Shown here piece after piece: positions 36,107 to 48,075 of a stretch of 64,000 bases of DNA (position 1 is its first letter; each line of letters opens with the position of its first letter). This DNA is from Squalus acanthias (taxonomy: Eukaryota): positions 68,326,001 to 68,390,000 of the forward strand of contig CM059432.1 of the NCBI GenBank assembly GCA_030390025.1, read 5' to 3'. The notes beneath the pieces are model-generated. The model saw only the letters and a list, made by a program, of their open reading frames with translations, ran no database searches and was not told the DNA's origin. The position numbers were made by a program, and so were the translations under genes.

Positions 36107-38792
36107 TTTCAAATAAAACTGTTGGACTACAACCTGGTGTTGTGCGACTTCTCACATTTGTCCACCCCAGTCCAACACCGGCATCTCCACATCATATCTC
36201 TAACAAGAGAGAATTTAGCCACCTCCCCTTGACATTCAACGGCATTACCATCGCCGAATACCCCACCATCAACATCCTGGAGTCACCATTGACTAGAAAC
36301 TTACCTAGGCCAGCCACATAAAGACTGTGGCTACAAGAGCAGATCAGAGGCTGGCTATTCTGTGACGAGTGTCTCACCTCCTGACTCCCCAGAGCCTTTC
36401 ACCATCTACAAGGCACAAGTCAGGAGTGTGACTGAATACTCTCCACTTGCCTGGATGAGTGCAGCTCCAACAACACTCAAGAAGCTCGACACCATCCAGG
36501 ACAAAGCAGCCTGCTTCATTGGCACCTCATCCACCACCTTAAATATTCACTTCCTTCACCACCGGTGCACTGTGTCTGCAGTGTGTACCATCTACAAGAT
36601 GCACTGCAGCAACTCACCAAGGCTTCTTCGACAGCACCTTCCAAACTCACGACATCTTCAACCAAGAAGGACAAGGGAAGCAGGCACATGGAAACACCAT
36701 CACCTCCAAGTTTCCCTCCAAGTCACACACCATCGTGACTTGGAAATATATCGCCGTTCCTTCATCGTTGCTGGGTGAAAATCGTGGAACTCCTCCCTAA
36801 TAGTACTGTGGGAGTACCTTCACCTCACAGACTGCAGCGGTTCAAGGAGGCAGATCACCACCACCTTCTCAAGGACAATTAGAGATGGGCAATAAATGCT
36901 GGCCTTGCCAGCAACGCCTACATCCCATGAACGAATAAAAAAAAGCAGTGGACATAAAAGATCCCATAAGACTATTCGAAGAAGAGCAGGGGAGTTATCC
37001 CTGCTGTCCTGTGCCAATATTTATCCCTCAATGAACATCACTAAAACAGATTATCTGGTCATTGTCACATTGCTGTTTGTGGGAGCTTGCTGTGCGCAAA
37101 TTGGCTGCCGCGTTTCCCACATTACAACAGTGACTGCACTTCAAAAGTACTTCCTTGGCTGTAAAGCACTTTGGGACATCCTGAGGTTGTGAAAGACGCT
37201 ATATAAATGCAACTCTTTCTTTTTTCTTTATCATTAGGACCGCAAATTCCGGGCCAATATGTCAGTTCACTGATACATGTGTGCAGAAATAGACCTCTGA
37301 TAAGTTCAGGTGTAGTCCCAGGGCAGTGACAGTTGTGACCAAAATGCTTTGAGTCGTTGTATCTGTATTTTTTGATTACTCATGAAGTCCTCTTCCTCAT
37401 TTCAATTATGCAACGCATTGGGAATTTCGAAAGGAATATCCATCCTCATTTCTTCATTAAGATGTGACATCATAGCAAACTGAAGCCAAAAGTAAAAATG
37501 AAAAGTACTGGCGAGGAAAAATTCCAAAGTGCAAAAAGGAGGCCTTCCGAGCAAAATCAAGTAATGTATGGACCAAAATGTAGACAAAGGAAAATAACAT
37601 GCAAGAAAAATAAAATATAAAAAATAAATAAAACTTACCTACTCCCTGTGAGCGGTCTTCTGGAGCTAGCGAGTTCACAAAGACCATGGCGCACCCAGCT
37701 TTTATGGGTAAGGTGCATGCTGTGGGCAGAGACTTACCCAAACTTGTAAAATTGGGCAAAACTGTTTAAAGGCTCATTTACATATTTTAACAAGGCCCGC
37801 ACATGTCTGTAACAGAGGCTTCAATTAGCACTAGAACATCCCATGATCTGGCATGATGTCCTGGAACTAATTTTGCAGACCTTGCTGGCTGCGTGCAAGA
37901 CCCCATTGGTAGCACAGCGTCTCATACGATCAGGGCGTTGCTTTAATCTGCTGGAATTGTTTGAGGAAGTAACTAAACTAGTGTACAAGGGTAATCCAGT
38001 GGAAATAATTTACTTCAGTTTTAAGAAGGCTTCATTTTCTCTGGTGTCCAGGTTTTGCTGTAGCCAATTTCCTTGCAGCCTGCTCATTGTATCGGAGCAA
38101 TGTTTTCCAGTTCCTCGAACCAGCACAATCTTTCCGTTAAATTAGTCTGACAGACCACCTTGTTACCTTACTCCTTTGTCCTTTTGGCTCATGTTTTTCC
38201 ACAAAGACAAAGCCAAATAAAAACAGATATTGTTTTCATCGTCAGCAATAGCATTATTTATTTATATAATTAAAGCCATAATTATGATCTGAATTATGCA
38301 GCATGCCACAATTTTTTACTAAGTTCTCATTTTAAGAGGTTTTACATCGTCTACTTCCCCCGTAGGCTGAGAATAATAATAATAATTCCTACTGTTTTCC
38401 ATGGCAACAAATGAAATAGCAGACACAGGAATAATATACGGAGGGTTGCGGGGGAATAGAATAACTGCATTTTTGCTCAGGGGTGAATCAATCAGGCGGT
38501 GAGGTCACACGATGGTCCTCACAGCTGCTTAATAAATATAACTTCTTTATGTTGTGGCCCTGATAAATTGCATCACAGAGATGTAGATTTTTCTTTTGAT
38601 CAAATCTAAGCTTCTAATTGTAACTGTTGAGTAACTAAAATATCCTGTAGAAATGTGGGCCTACAAATTGGATCGTACCCGAATCGGGGTGCAATCACGG
38701 TGCAGTGATGCTGCTCGAGCCTAATGAGGCCGGCAGCAGAACCAATACACCTGAGGCCTGGTGAAAGAAATTCTAATGATTATAGTCAGATG

Positions 38793-39010
38793 TTTGAAAT
38801 AAAAACAGAAAATGCTGGAGATACTCAACAGGTCAGGCAGCATCTGTGAAGAGAGAAACAGAGTTAACGTTTCAGGTCGATGACCTTTCGTCAGACCTGA
38901 AACATTAACTCTGTTTCTCTCTTCACAGATGCTGCCTGACCTGCTGAGTATCTCTAGCATTTTCTGTTTTCATTTCAGATTTCCAGCATCTGCAGTATTT
39001 TCTTTTTGTA
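38793..39010. mobile_element. Penelope-derived fold-back insertion (family B) with a minus-strand hammerhead core
   Basis: Inverted arms of about 80 bp; CTGACGA-A-AGGTC-atc-GACCT-GAAA-CGTT on - at 38866-38894; duplication ATAGTCAGATG at 38782-38792 and 39011-39021. Confidence 0.88.
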
Positions 39011-39300
39011 ATAGTCAGATGCTTGTTCACTTATCCCTGCATTTCCTTTGCAACTTTCAAAAATATAAATCACAAGCATTTAACAAAGTACCTGGTTGTG
39101 AATTGGAAATTCTGAAAGTCATAAAATAGAGAAATATCTGGAATCTTTCATTCAGTAATCTCGTCAAAAATTGTAACCTTTTTTATTTTAGTGTAAAGAA
39201 TACTAATGCAGCCTTCTTCTAAGAAATGAATAGGACAACAAGATAAGGAAACACATTTATTTTTCTCTTTTATATTTTTTGTAGTTCACTGAACCCTCAA

Positions 39301-39578
39301 AGAACACATAGAAGATAGGAGCAGGAGTAGGCCATTCGGCCCCTCGAGCCTGTTCCGCCATTTAATGAGATCATGGCTGATCATCCAAATTCAGTACCCT
39401 GTTCCTGCTTTCTCCCCATATCCCTTGATCCCTTTAGCCTTAAGAAATATATCTAACTCCTTCTTGAATATATTTAATGAATTGGCCTCAACTGCCTTCT
39501 GTGGTAGAGAATTCCACAGGTTCACCACTCTCTGGGTGAAGAAATTCCTCCTCATCTCAGTCCTAAATGGCTTAACCC
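39301..39578 (-). mobile_element. CR1 3' fragment
   Basis: Reverse complement of the CR1 terminal sequence (AGGAGCAGGAGTAGGCCATTCGGCCCCTCGAG). Confidence 0.88.
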
Positions 39579-39807
39579 TTACACATTTTCCAACTGGTAA
39601 AACAATATCCTGAGGGTCTATGGTATTCCATGAAATGCCAGCTTCACTGTCATCAAAATATTTTGCTATTCCAGTTTTGACTGCCAGTCATACCAGTATA
39701 ATTGTAAGTCAGTTTAAGTGACATTGACTGACAATTCAAGTTTGACTTTATCTAGTTTTGGTAACTTTTCAAAAATCTAATCTAAAACACCAAGGGTTAG
39801 ACATTCA

Positions 39808-40700
39808 GGGGTAGAAATTAGGTCGCGCCCCATTTGGGGCGCAAATATCGTCTGGACACAAATATTAGCGCCTGGCGCTAATTATCGGCACTGACTGGAA
39901 ACTTCACTTTTACCGCCCCGGGAGGTGAGTGGAGCGCTAAAGCAGGCGCTGCACACCTGTCTTAAGGCGCAAAGGCCAAGGAGTGAGGCGCTACCTCAGA
40001 GCGCTGGCGAAGCTCATGTAATGTCAGTCAGCAATGGAACACACACACAATGGCACGGGCCAGTTCTTAAAGGGGATGGTTAATCTTGCTTTCCATCCAC
40101 ATCCTGTTCATTGCAGCCTTGAATCTCGGCCTGGAGAGACTTGCACATCAAATGTGCTGGAAAGAACAATGGAGAGTACCAGGCAAAGAGCTCAGAGTGC
40201 AGCTCCCACAGTCTCTGCTAAATCGATACAAGAATGGCAAATCAAAATGAACCTGCAAAGTGCTGCTCAGTACCCAAAACTCCTTCACACAACGTTGAAT
40301 CTCTTCAGAAGTCTCTCCCTCTCGCTCTCAGAATGCGTAGTTCAAAAATGCCACCAACAATAAAAGACAGGAAGAGGCCCCCTTTAAATAGCGCCCCCCC
40401 CCAGCCCCACAGCGATTGATAGCGTTCAAGTCTTCTGGTCGTTGGATGCGCCAGGCGGTAAGGCAGGGGGCGCCACTCAATTTCCGCTCCGGGGCGCCAC
40501 AAGGGCGTTGCACCATGGAATGACGTCACAATCTGCGCGCGCAGGTGGTCGCAGCGGTAAGTTTTAGCGCCGCCGCACAATGTCAAGTTAAGTTCCCGAG
40601 CGGCGCAAACATCGCTGCACCCGGGCGTTAGCGGCTTTGCGCCTCATTAGCGCCCTCTTAAGGCGCTAACGGGAGGCGCAACCAACTGAATTTTTACCCC
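39808..40700 (-). mobile_element. Internal-deletion derivative of Harbinger A family, TSD TCA
   Basis: GGGGTAGAAATT ... AATTTTTACCCC; TCA at 39805-39807 and 40701-40703; its ends match 98-470 and 3990-4107. Confidence 0.92.
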
Positions 40701-41068
40701 TCAGTACCTTAGCGCCCGGGCGGGGCTAACACTTAGTGCCTGGCCCTCTAGCGCTGCTCAGACCGTGATGTCAATGAGTGTGCAATGTCTCGTTCGTGCC
40801 CTGGATGCGAAATTCAGTCGCTTCCCCTGACTTACCACCTGGCACTGAGAACGACAGAAATAGTAGGCAATGATACCTGGGATTGCCGCTCCCGGGGCGC
40901 TGTTTAAAGGGATCACTTACCGGTTCATTGAGAGATCACATTTATTGCTGGCTTTTCAGATAGCGTTTTGGCTGCGTTCACATTTTCTCCATTTTTGCTT
41001 TGTTGCTGCTCCAACAGTTTCTTCACTTGTATTGCTCTGAACATTTCTATGTCCTCTTTTCTGCATTT

Positions 41069-42242
41069 ATGGGGGCTGTACTGGCACTCCACCTTGCCCT
41101 CCGGCAACTGCATTTGAGGCAGCTGATGCAGAGACAGAGATAGCCAAATGTGGCCAGAGGGAGGAGGGCCGACAGACCTCACAACAGGAGGCCTTACCCT
41201 CCCAGGGTTTTCCAGGAGCACTTCTCCTACATTCATCTCTCAGAGGAGCAGTGCCTTAGAAGGCTCCGCCTCAGCAAGAAGGTGGTCACAGAGCTCTGCC
41301 ACCTCCTGCAGCCAGACCTCCAGCCTCAGCTCAGGACCAGGACGTCTCTTTCAGTGGCAGGTAAGGTCACAGTCGCTCTCAAATTCTACGCCAGCGGCTC
41401 CTTCCAGGCTTCAACAGGGGATATTGCAAACATTTGCAGTTCGCCATCAATTGCTGCATCCGGGAAGTAACAGATGCTCTCTACAGAAGGAGAAGGGAGT
41501 ACATCTCATTCTCCATCACCAGAGAGAAGCAGGGCGACCGCTCATGTGGCTTTGCAAGGATAGCGGGCTTCCCCATGGTTCAGGGTGCCATTGACTGCAC
41601 CCTCGTAGCATTGCGGGCACCTCATCACAATGCAAAGGTGTTCCGTAACCACAAAGGCTACCACTCTCTGAACGTTCAGCTGGTGTGCGACCACAGCCAG
41701 CTCATCTTCGCCGTCAATGCCCACTATACTGGCAGCAGCCACGATGCATTCATCCTGCGACAGACTGGTGTCCCAGCACTGTTCCACCCACCACATGAAG
41801 CTCGCAGCTGGCTGATTGGAGACAAGGGTTATCCACTCGCCACCTGGCTGATGACACCCCTCTGCAACCCCAACACTCCTGCTCAGCATGCATACAATGA
41901 CACCAACAGCGTCACCAGGAACTTGATCGAACAGACTATCGATGTGCTAAAGCAATGGTTCCGCTGCCTTGAAGCTCTGGAGGAGCCCTGGAGTACTCCC
42001 CTAGTCAAGTCTCCCTTTTCATAGTTGTGTGCTGCATGCTGCACAACCTGGCCATTCTGAGGGTCCAGCCATTGCCACCAAGGATTGGAGGTCCACCTCA
42101 GAAGGAGGAAGAGGGAAAGGAGGAGGAGGCGGAGGAGAAGGATGAAGAGGAGGAGGAGCAGCAGCAATGGAGGAGGGAGGCAATCAATCTTGCTTATGCA
42201 AGGGCCGTGCGTGAGCGCCTCATTAGACAGCGCTTCCAATAA
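41069..42242 (+). pseudogene. Harbinger D transposase, frameshifted
   Basis: GAIDCT, GSSHDA, IGDKGYP and CCMLHN spread over three frames. Confidence 0.9.
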
Positions 42243-42523
42243 ATGATATAGCACATGGCGTTTGCGCAACACAACCACATCATTACATCCAGCTCGCAGC
42301 CCCTATCACCGGGCAAAGGTTTAATGAGAAATATCACAAAATGTGCAACGTCACATTAACAATTTATTATCGAACACAACTCTCTCTTATGAAACTCAAC
42401 TATTCATAAACAAACACAACCATTTATCAACAAACACGGCTCTTTCTTATCAAACTGAACTATTTATTACCAAACACAAATATTTATTTACAAGCATCAC
42501 TATTTGTTCACAAACACAACATT

Positions 42524-43275
42524 GGGCTGTATTTTGCGACCCCTACAGGTGTGTACGAGGTGTGTACTCACCAATAAGGGCCACGCAAGTTCCGGGTTTA
42601 GGCATGCGAAGCGCATGCGTGAAAACCCGGAACTTGCAATCTGTCAAGAATTCTCTTGACAGATGATCCGCATCCCCGGGAAAAAAGCCTCCGCGGGCGG
42701 AGAGTTGCGCTATTTGCCCAACTTCCGTCCGCTGAATGCCCGTGAAATTCTTACGTCTGGTAAAAGCAGGCGTCCTGCTTTCACCAGCATAAGAGTTTTA
42801 AAAAACAGAAAAATAAAATGTTATCACTCATTTATACATTAAAAACCCTGTCCAATAAGGTAAGTTTATTTGTAGCCCTGTTAAAATATATTAAAAAAAA
42901 ATTCAATAAATTCAATTTTTGTTTAAAATATTTAATTTAAATGGCATTTTAATTAATTTTAAATATGCAATGTTTTTTTATTATTTATTTCATGTGTTTG
43001 TGTATTTTTTAAGTGATCCCCATTCATATTTATGGGGATTCCATACGTACGGAACTCCTGTAAGTATGAATGGGGATTCCCCTTCTTTTATTGGTTGGGC
43101 CAGCCTACGTGATCCCAGGGGCGCTTGCGAACCGCCTGCACCCCTGGGATACATGGGCCTCTACCCGCGGGTACCCGGAGAGGCCCAGGACCGCGAATCT
43201 ATGAACCTCCCGGACCACCAGGTAAGTTCATAGATTTTTTGCAGGTCGGAAGCCTCCGACCGCAAATTTTGGGCC
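42524..43275. mobile_element. Harbinger-type MITE between the two genes of copy D
   Basis: GGGCTGTATTTTGCG ... CGCAAATTTTGGGCC; flanks ATT/AGT; GC-rich arms with an AT-rich core. Confidence 0.78.
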
Positions 43276-43339
43276 AGTATATTTACAAACACATCAATTT
43301 ATTAATACACACTACCCCCATTTGCTACTAAAGTATTTT

Positions 43340-46300
43340 TTACTCCCCCTCAATGATTTCCCTCCCCTTTTGACTTCCCCCTCCCAACCCTACTGCTCCT
43401 CCATAATGTGGCCCCAGTGGCTGCAGCAAGGCTGGCGGAAGGGTGCTGAGTCTGGGAGCCAGAGACTGCAGATGGCCATCCAGGACGCCCTCGACCAGCT
43501 CTGGGCCTGGAAGGCCCGGCTGCAGACTGCACCACCTCAGCATGTGCGGCAGCAGTCTGGGATGTCTGGGTTACAGGCTGCAATGGCGGAGTGGCAGTGG
43601 TGGGAGCAGGAATGCTGTCACCTGAGAGAGGACAGGACCTTCCTGCTCGACCGACACACTGCCACTCCCCTGGGGCAGAACCTCAACATCTGGAGCAATC
43701 TGCTTGAGCACAGATTACTGGCCTGCTGCGGTACTGAGAGATCCCCGGGGGACTATGGGCGACCCACCAAGGATGGCAGCAGTCAGTGCTTGCGTGGCAT
43801 CAATCTGAGACTGCATGAGAGCAGTCTGAGACTGGCTGCCACCAACCACTGACTCCATTACAGTACTAAGCCATTGCATTGCTTTGGCCTGTGCTGCAAT
43901 AGCTGCTGCCACCTCACCCATCACACGCGGCATGAGGTCTGGGTCCCTACGGTCTCTCTGCGAGTCGAACATCCTTTGCAAACTGCCAAGGATGGGCTCG
44001 ATGGTGTGAGCAGAGCTGAGTGCAATGTTGGAGGCGGACTCCTTCACGCTCCTTGCCAGTGCATTCATGCTCTCGGGCACCCTTGCCATTGCACCCAGGA
44101 GCTTGGTGTGCATGCCCATCGCCCGTCTGGTCAACGCCGCCACATTGACTTCCTCATCTGAGTCCTGTGCAGCAGAACTCGTGCACGAACTCACCCTCCG
44201 GGGAGATGGTCCCTGAGCTTCCATTTCCCCCTGGCGTTGCTGCAGCCCGCTGGGTCCCGGAGCTTCACCCACATCAAACCCATCTGCAAGGCTCCCCTCC
44301 AGCGACCGCGTCACCCCATTATCAGGCCTAGTGCCTTCGGGAGAAACAGCCAGTGAGGCTCTGGCTTATTCTTCCTCCTCCTCTCCCGCGTCGCTGCCAC
44401 TGGGAGGCTGAGGGACAGGCTGGTCAGCTGGTGGCTGATTATCTGAAAGCATAAAGGCACAAGAGTGGGGTTAAGGTCAGGGGAGGGGGGCAGGAACATA
44501 AGAACATAAGAACATAAGAAATAGGCGCAGGAGTAGGCCAATTGGCCCCTCGAGCCTGCTCCGTCATTCAATAAGATCATGGCTGATCTGATCCTAACCG
44601 CCAATCTACTACCACAGAACCATCTCCTGAACCTAACAGAATTGGACACACGAAATAGGAGCAGGATCAGGCTACACGGCCCCTGGGCCCGCTACTCTAC
44701 CCACAGGGCCATGACCGATCCGAACCTAGACTCATGTCCAAATTCCTGCCCGCTTCCTGTAACCTTTAATTCCCTTTACTTCTAGGAAACTGTCTATTTC
44801 TGTTTTAAATTTATGTAATGATGTAGCTTCTACAGCTTTTTGGGGCAGCATATTCCATGGACCTACCATCCTCTGAGTGAAGTAGTTCCTTCTCATCTCA
44901 GTTTTGAAAGAGCAGCCCCTTATTCTAAGACTATGCCCCCTAGTTCTAGTTTCACCCATCATCGGGAACATCCTCCCTGCATCCATCCGATCCAACCCCT
45001 TCACAATCTTATATGTTTCAATAAGATCGCCTCTCATTCTTCTGAACTCCAATGAGTAGAGTCCCAATCTACCCAACCTCTCCTCATATGTCCATCCCCT
45101 CATCCCCGGGATTAACCGAGTGAACCTTCTTTGTACTGACTCGAGAGCAAGTATGTCTTTTCTTAAGTATGGACACCAAAATTGTATGCAGTATTCCAGG
45201 TGCGGTCTCACCAATACCTTGTACAACTGAAGCAATACCTCCCTATTTTTATATTCTATCCCCCTAGCAATGAAAGCCAACATTCCATTGGCCTTCTTAA
45301 TCACTTGCTGCACCTGCATACTAACCTTTTGAGTTTCGTGCACCAGGACCCCCAGATCCCTTTGTACTTCAGTACTTTCCAGTTTCTCGCCATTAAGATA
45401 ATAACTTGCTCTACTATTTTTCCTGCCAAAGTGCATAACCTCACACTTTCCAGTATTGTATTCCATCTGCCAAATCTCTGCCCACTTATTTAACCTGTCT
45501 ATGTCCCCTTGCAGATTTTTAATGTCCTCCTCACTCACTACTTTCCCTCCCATCTTAGTATCATCTGCAAACTTTGATATGTTACACTCGGTCCCCTCCT
45601 CCAAATCGTTAATATAGATTGTAAAGAGTTGGGGACCCAGCACTGACCCCTGTGGAACACCACTAGTTACTGATTGCCAGTCTGAGAATGAACCATTTAT
45701 CCCAACTCTCTGCCTTCTGTTAGATAGCCAATCCTTTATCCATGCCAGAATATTACCCCCAATCCCGTGATTTTTTATCTTAAGCAATAATCTTTTGTGT
45801 GGCACCTTGTCAAATGCCTTTTGGAAGTCTAAATACACCACATCCACTGGTTCCCCTTTATCCACCCTGTATGTTACTTCCTCAAAGAACTCCAGCAAAT
45901 TTGTCAAACATGTCTTCCCCTTCATAAAACCATGCTGACTTTGTCCTATTAAATTATGATTATCCAAATGTCCCGTTACTGTCTCCTTAATAATGGACTC
46001 CAAAATTTTACCTACCACAGATGTTAGGCTAACCGGTCTATAGTTTCCAGCCTTCTGTCTACTGCCCTTTTTAAATAAGGGTGTTACATTAGCAGTTTTC
46101 CAGTCTGCCAGGATCTTTGCTGAGTCCAGGGAGTTTTGGAAAATTATTACCAATGCATCCACAATCCCTACCGCCACTTCCCTCAAGACCCTAGGATGTA
46201 AGCCATCAGGTCCAGGTGATTTATCTGCCTTGAGCCCCATTATTTTACCGAGTACCACTTCCTTAGTGATTTTGATCGTGTTTAGCTCCTCCCCCCCTAT

Positions 46301-48075
46301 AGCCCCCTGTTTGTCCAGTGTTGGTATATTCTTAGTGTCCTCTACTGTAAAGACTGATACAAAATATTCATTCAGTGTATTTGCCATCTCCATATTTCCC
46401 ACCATTAATTTCCCGGTCTCATCCTCTAAGGGACCAACATTTACCTTAGCCACCCTTTTTCTTTTTATATAACTATAAAAACTCTTACTATCTGTTTTTA
46501 TATTTTTTGCTAATTTACTTTCATAATCTATCTTCCTTTTCTTAATCAATCTTTTTGTTATTTTTTGCTGTCTTTTAAAGTTTTCCCAATCCTCTATCCT
46601 CCCACTAGATTTGGCTACCTTATAAGCCCTTGTTTTTAGTTGAATACTATCCTTAATTTCTTTACTTAGCCACGGATGACTGTCTTTTCTTTTACACCCT
46701 TTTCTTCTCAGTGGAATATATATTTTTTGGAAGTTGTAAAATAACTCCTTAAATGTACACCACTGACCATGTATCGTCTTACCCTTTAATCTATTTTCCC
46801 AATCCACTCTACTCAATTCCGCTCACATACCATCATAGTCTCCTTTATTCAAGCTTAGCACGCTTGTTTGAGATCCAACCTTCTCACCCTCTAATTGAAT
46901 ATGGAATTCAACCATGTTATGGTCACTCATTCCAAGGGGATCCTTTACTAGGACATTTTTAATCAATCCTGTCTCGTTACACAGGACCAGATCTAAGGTT
47001 GCTTGCCCCCTGGTCGGTTCAGTTACATACTGCTCAAGAAACCCATCCCTAATACACTCAATGAACTCATCCTCAAGGCAGCCCTGCCCAATTTGATTTG
47101 TCCAATTAATATGATAGTTAAAATCCCCCATAATTATAGATGTTCCCTTATTACAAGCCTCAACTATTTCCTGATTGATACTCTGTCCAACAGAGTTGCA
47201 ACTATTCGGAGGCCTATAGACTATGCCCACTAGTGTTTTTTTCCCCTTATTATTCCTTATCTCCACCCAAACTGTTTCATTATCCTGATCTTTTGACCCA
47301 ATATCATTTCTCTGTATTACAGTGATTCCTTCCTTTATTAGGGAGCAAGGAATGGAGACAGTATACTTAGATGGAAAGTGGGAAGGGCTTGTTGTGTGAG
47401 GTGAAAGTGGTGAGAGAAGGGGGAGAGGTGATGAACATACCGTTGTTGTCCTCAAGGGGGTCGACGTCTCTGACGGCCACAGCACCCACGACCTGGGCCC
47501 CAATGATGTGCATTACTCACTCCTCCCGATCTGTAAGGGGGTGCAGGTCCGCCTCACCTCCTCCAGTTCATAGCTGCTCCCTCCTGTTGTGAGCAAGCTT
47601 GACCTCCAAGAAAAAGGACAGTGTGTGAGTGAGTGTGCAGCTATGTGTTTGGCAGATGTGCCTACCATAGTTGAATAGCTGTCAATGTATGCAAGGTGTA
47701 AGATGTGGATGTGACTTTTAGTAGGTGGGCATAGTTGGTGGGTGAGTGTTGGGGATGTGGCGGTTTATACAGTGTGTGCACAGAGTGAGGTTGAGATGGT
47801 GGCATGTAGAAGTTTTTGAAGCATGTACTCACCCTGACCACCTGAGTAAGGTCATTGAGTTTCTTCTGGCACTGGGTGAGAGTTCTGTGGACCGCACTTC
47901 TGGCCGACACGTCCTGGGCGACCTCCCTCCACATCCCCCTAAAGGCCTGTGGCAATAGCCTTCTGCCAGTGTCTGGGAAGAGCACTGCCTGTCGGCGTTC
48001 CACAGCTGCGACCAGAACCTCCACAGCGTGGTCGCTGAACCGGAGAGATCTCTCCCTGGGCCTCTGATCAGCCAT
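43340..48075 (-). pseudogene. Harbinger D Myb/SANT gene (exons 48075-47833, 47603-47441, 44442-43340)
   Basis: MADQRPRERSLRFSD...WREVAQ...QCQKKLNDL; GT-AG junctions; TGA stops in exon 2. Confidence 0.87.
44495..47340 (-). mobile_element. 5'-truncated young CR1 in Myb intron 2; ORF2 has a single in-frame stop
   Basis: ORFs 46823..47503 and 44732..46816 share a frame; KFADDTK; (CTTATGTT)n tail. Confidence 0.93.

Larger units (their letters stand above)
35979..36194. mobile_element. Penelope-derived palindromic insertion (family A), both hammerhead cores intact
   Basis: Nearly identical to 27006-27224; 12-bp duplication TATCTC(G/T)AACAA at 35967-35978 and 36195-36206. Confidence 0.9.
34579..36945 (+). 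mobile_element. 5'-truncated LINE ORF2 (RT) of a second family; clade uncertain (CR1-group/RTE-X-like)
   Basis: PWFNEECRR, KAMGPD, NYCPISLLS, QFGF, LDIKAVFD, FADD, YKAQVRS; AATAAA and an A-rich tail. Confidence 0.88.
34040..37225 (+). mobile_element. tRNA-derived Deu-domain SINE (SacSINE1/AmnSINE1-like), split by two LINE inserts
   Basis: Head with A box TGGCTCAGTGGG and a B-box-like GGTTCATAGTCC (34040-34200); Deu-like core GCTGTTTGTGGGAGCTTGCTGTGCGCAAATTGGCTGCC and tail CGCTATATAAATGCAA at 36946-37225. Confidence 0.85.

Noticed and set aside
38393..38410. RFX X-box-like motif TTTTCCATGGCAAC in unique DNA
   Set aside because: A single imperfect motif with no conservation or nearby gene evidence.
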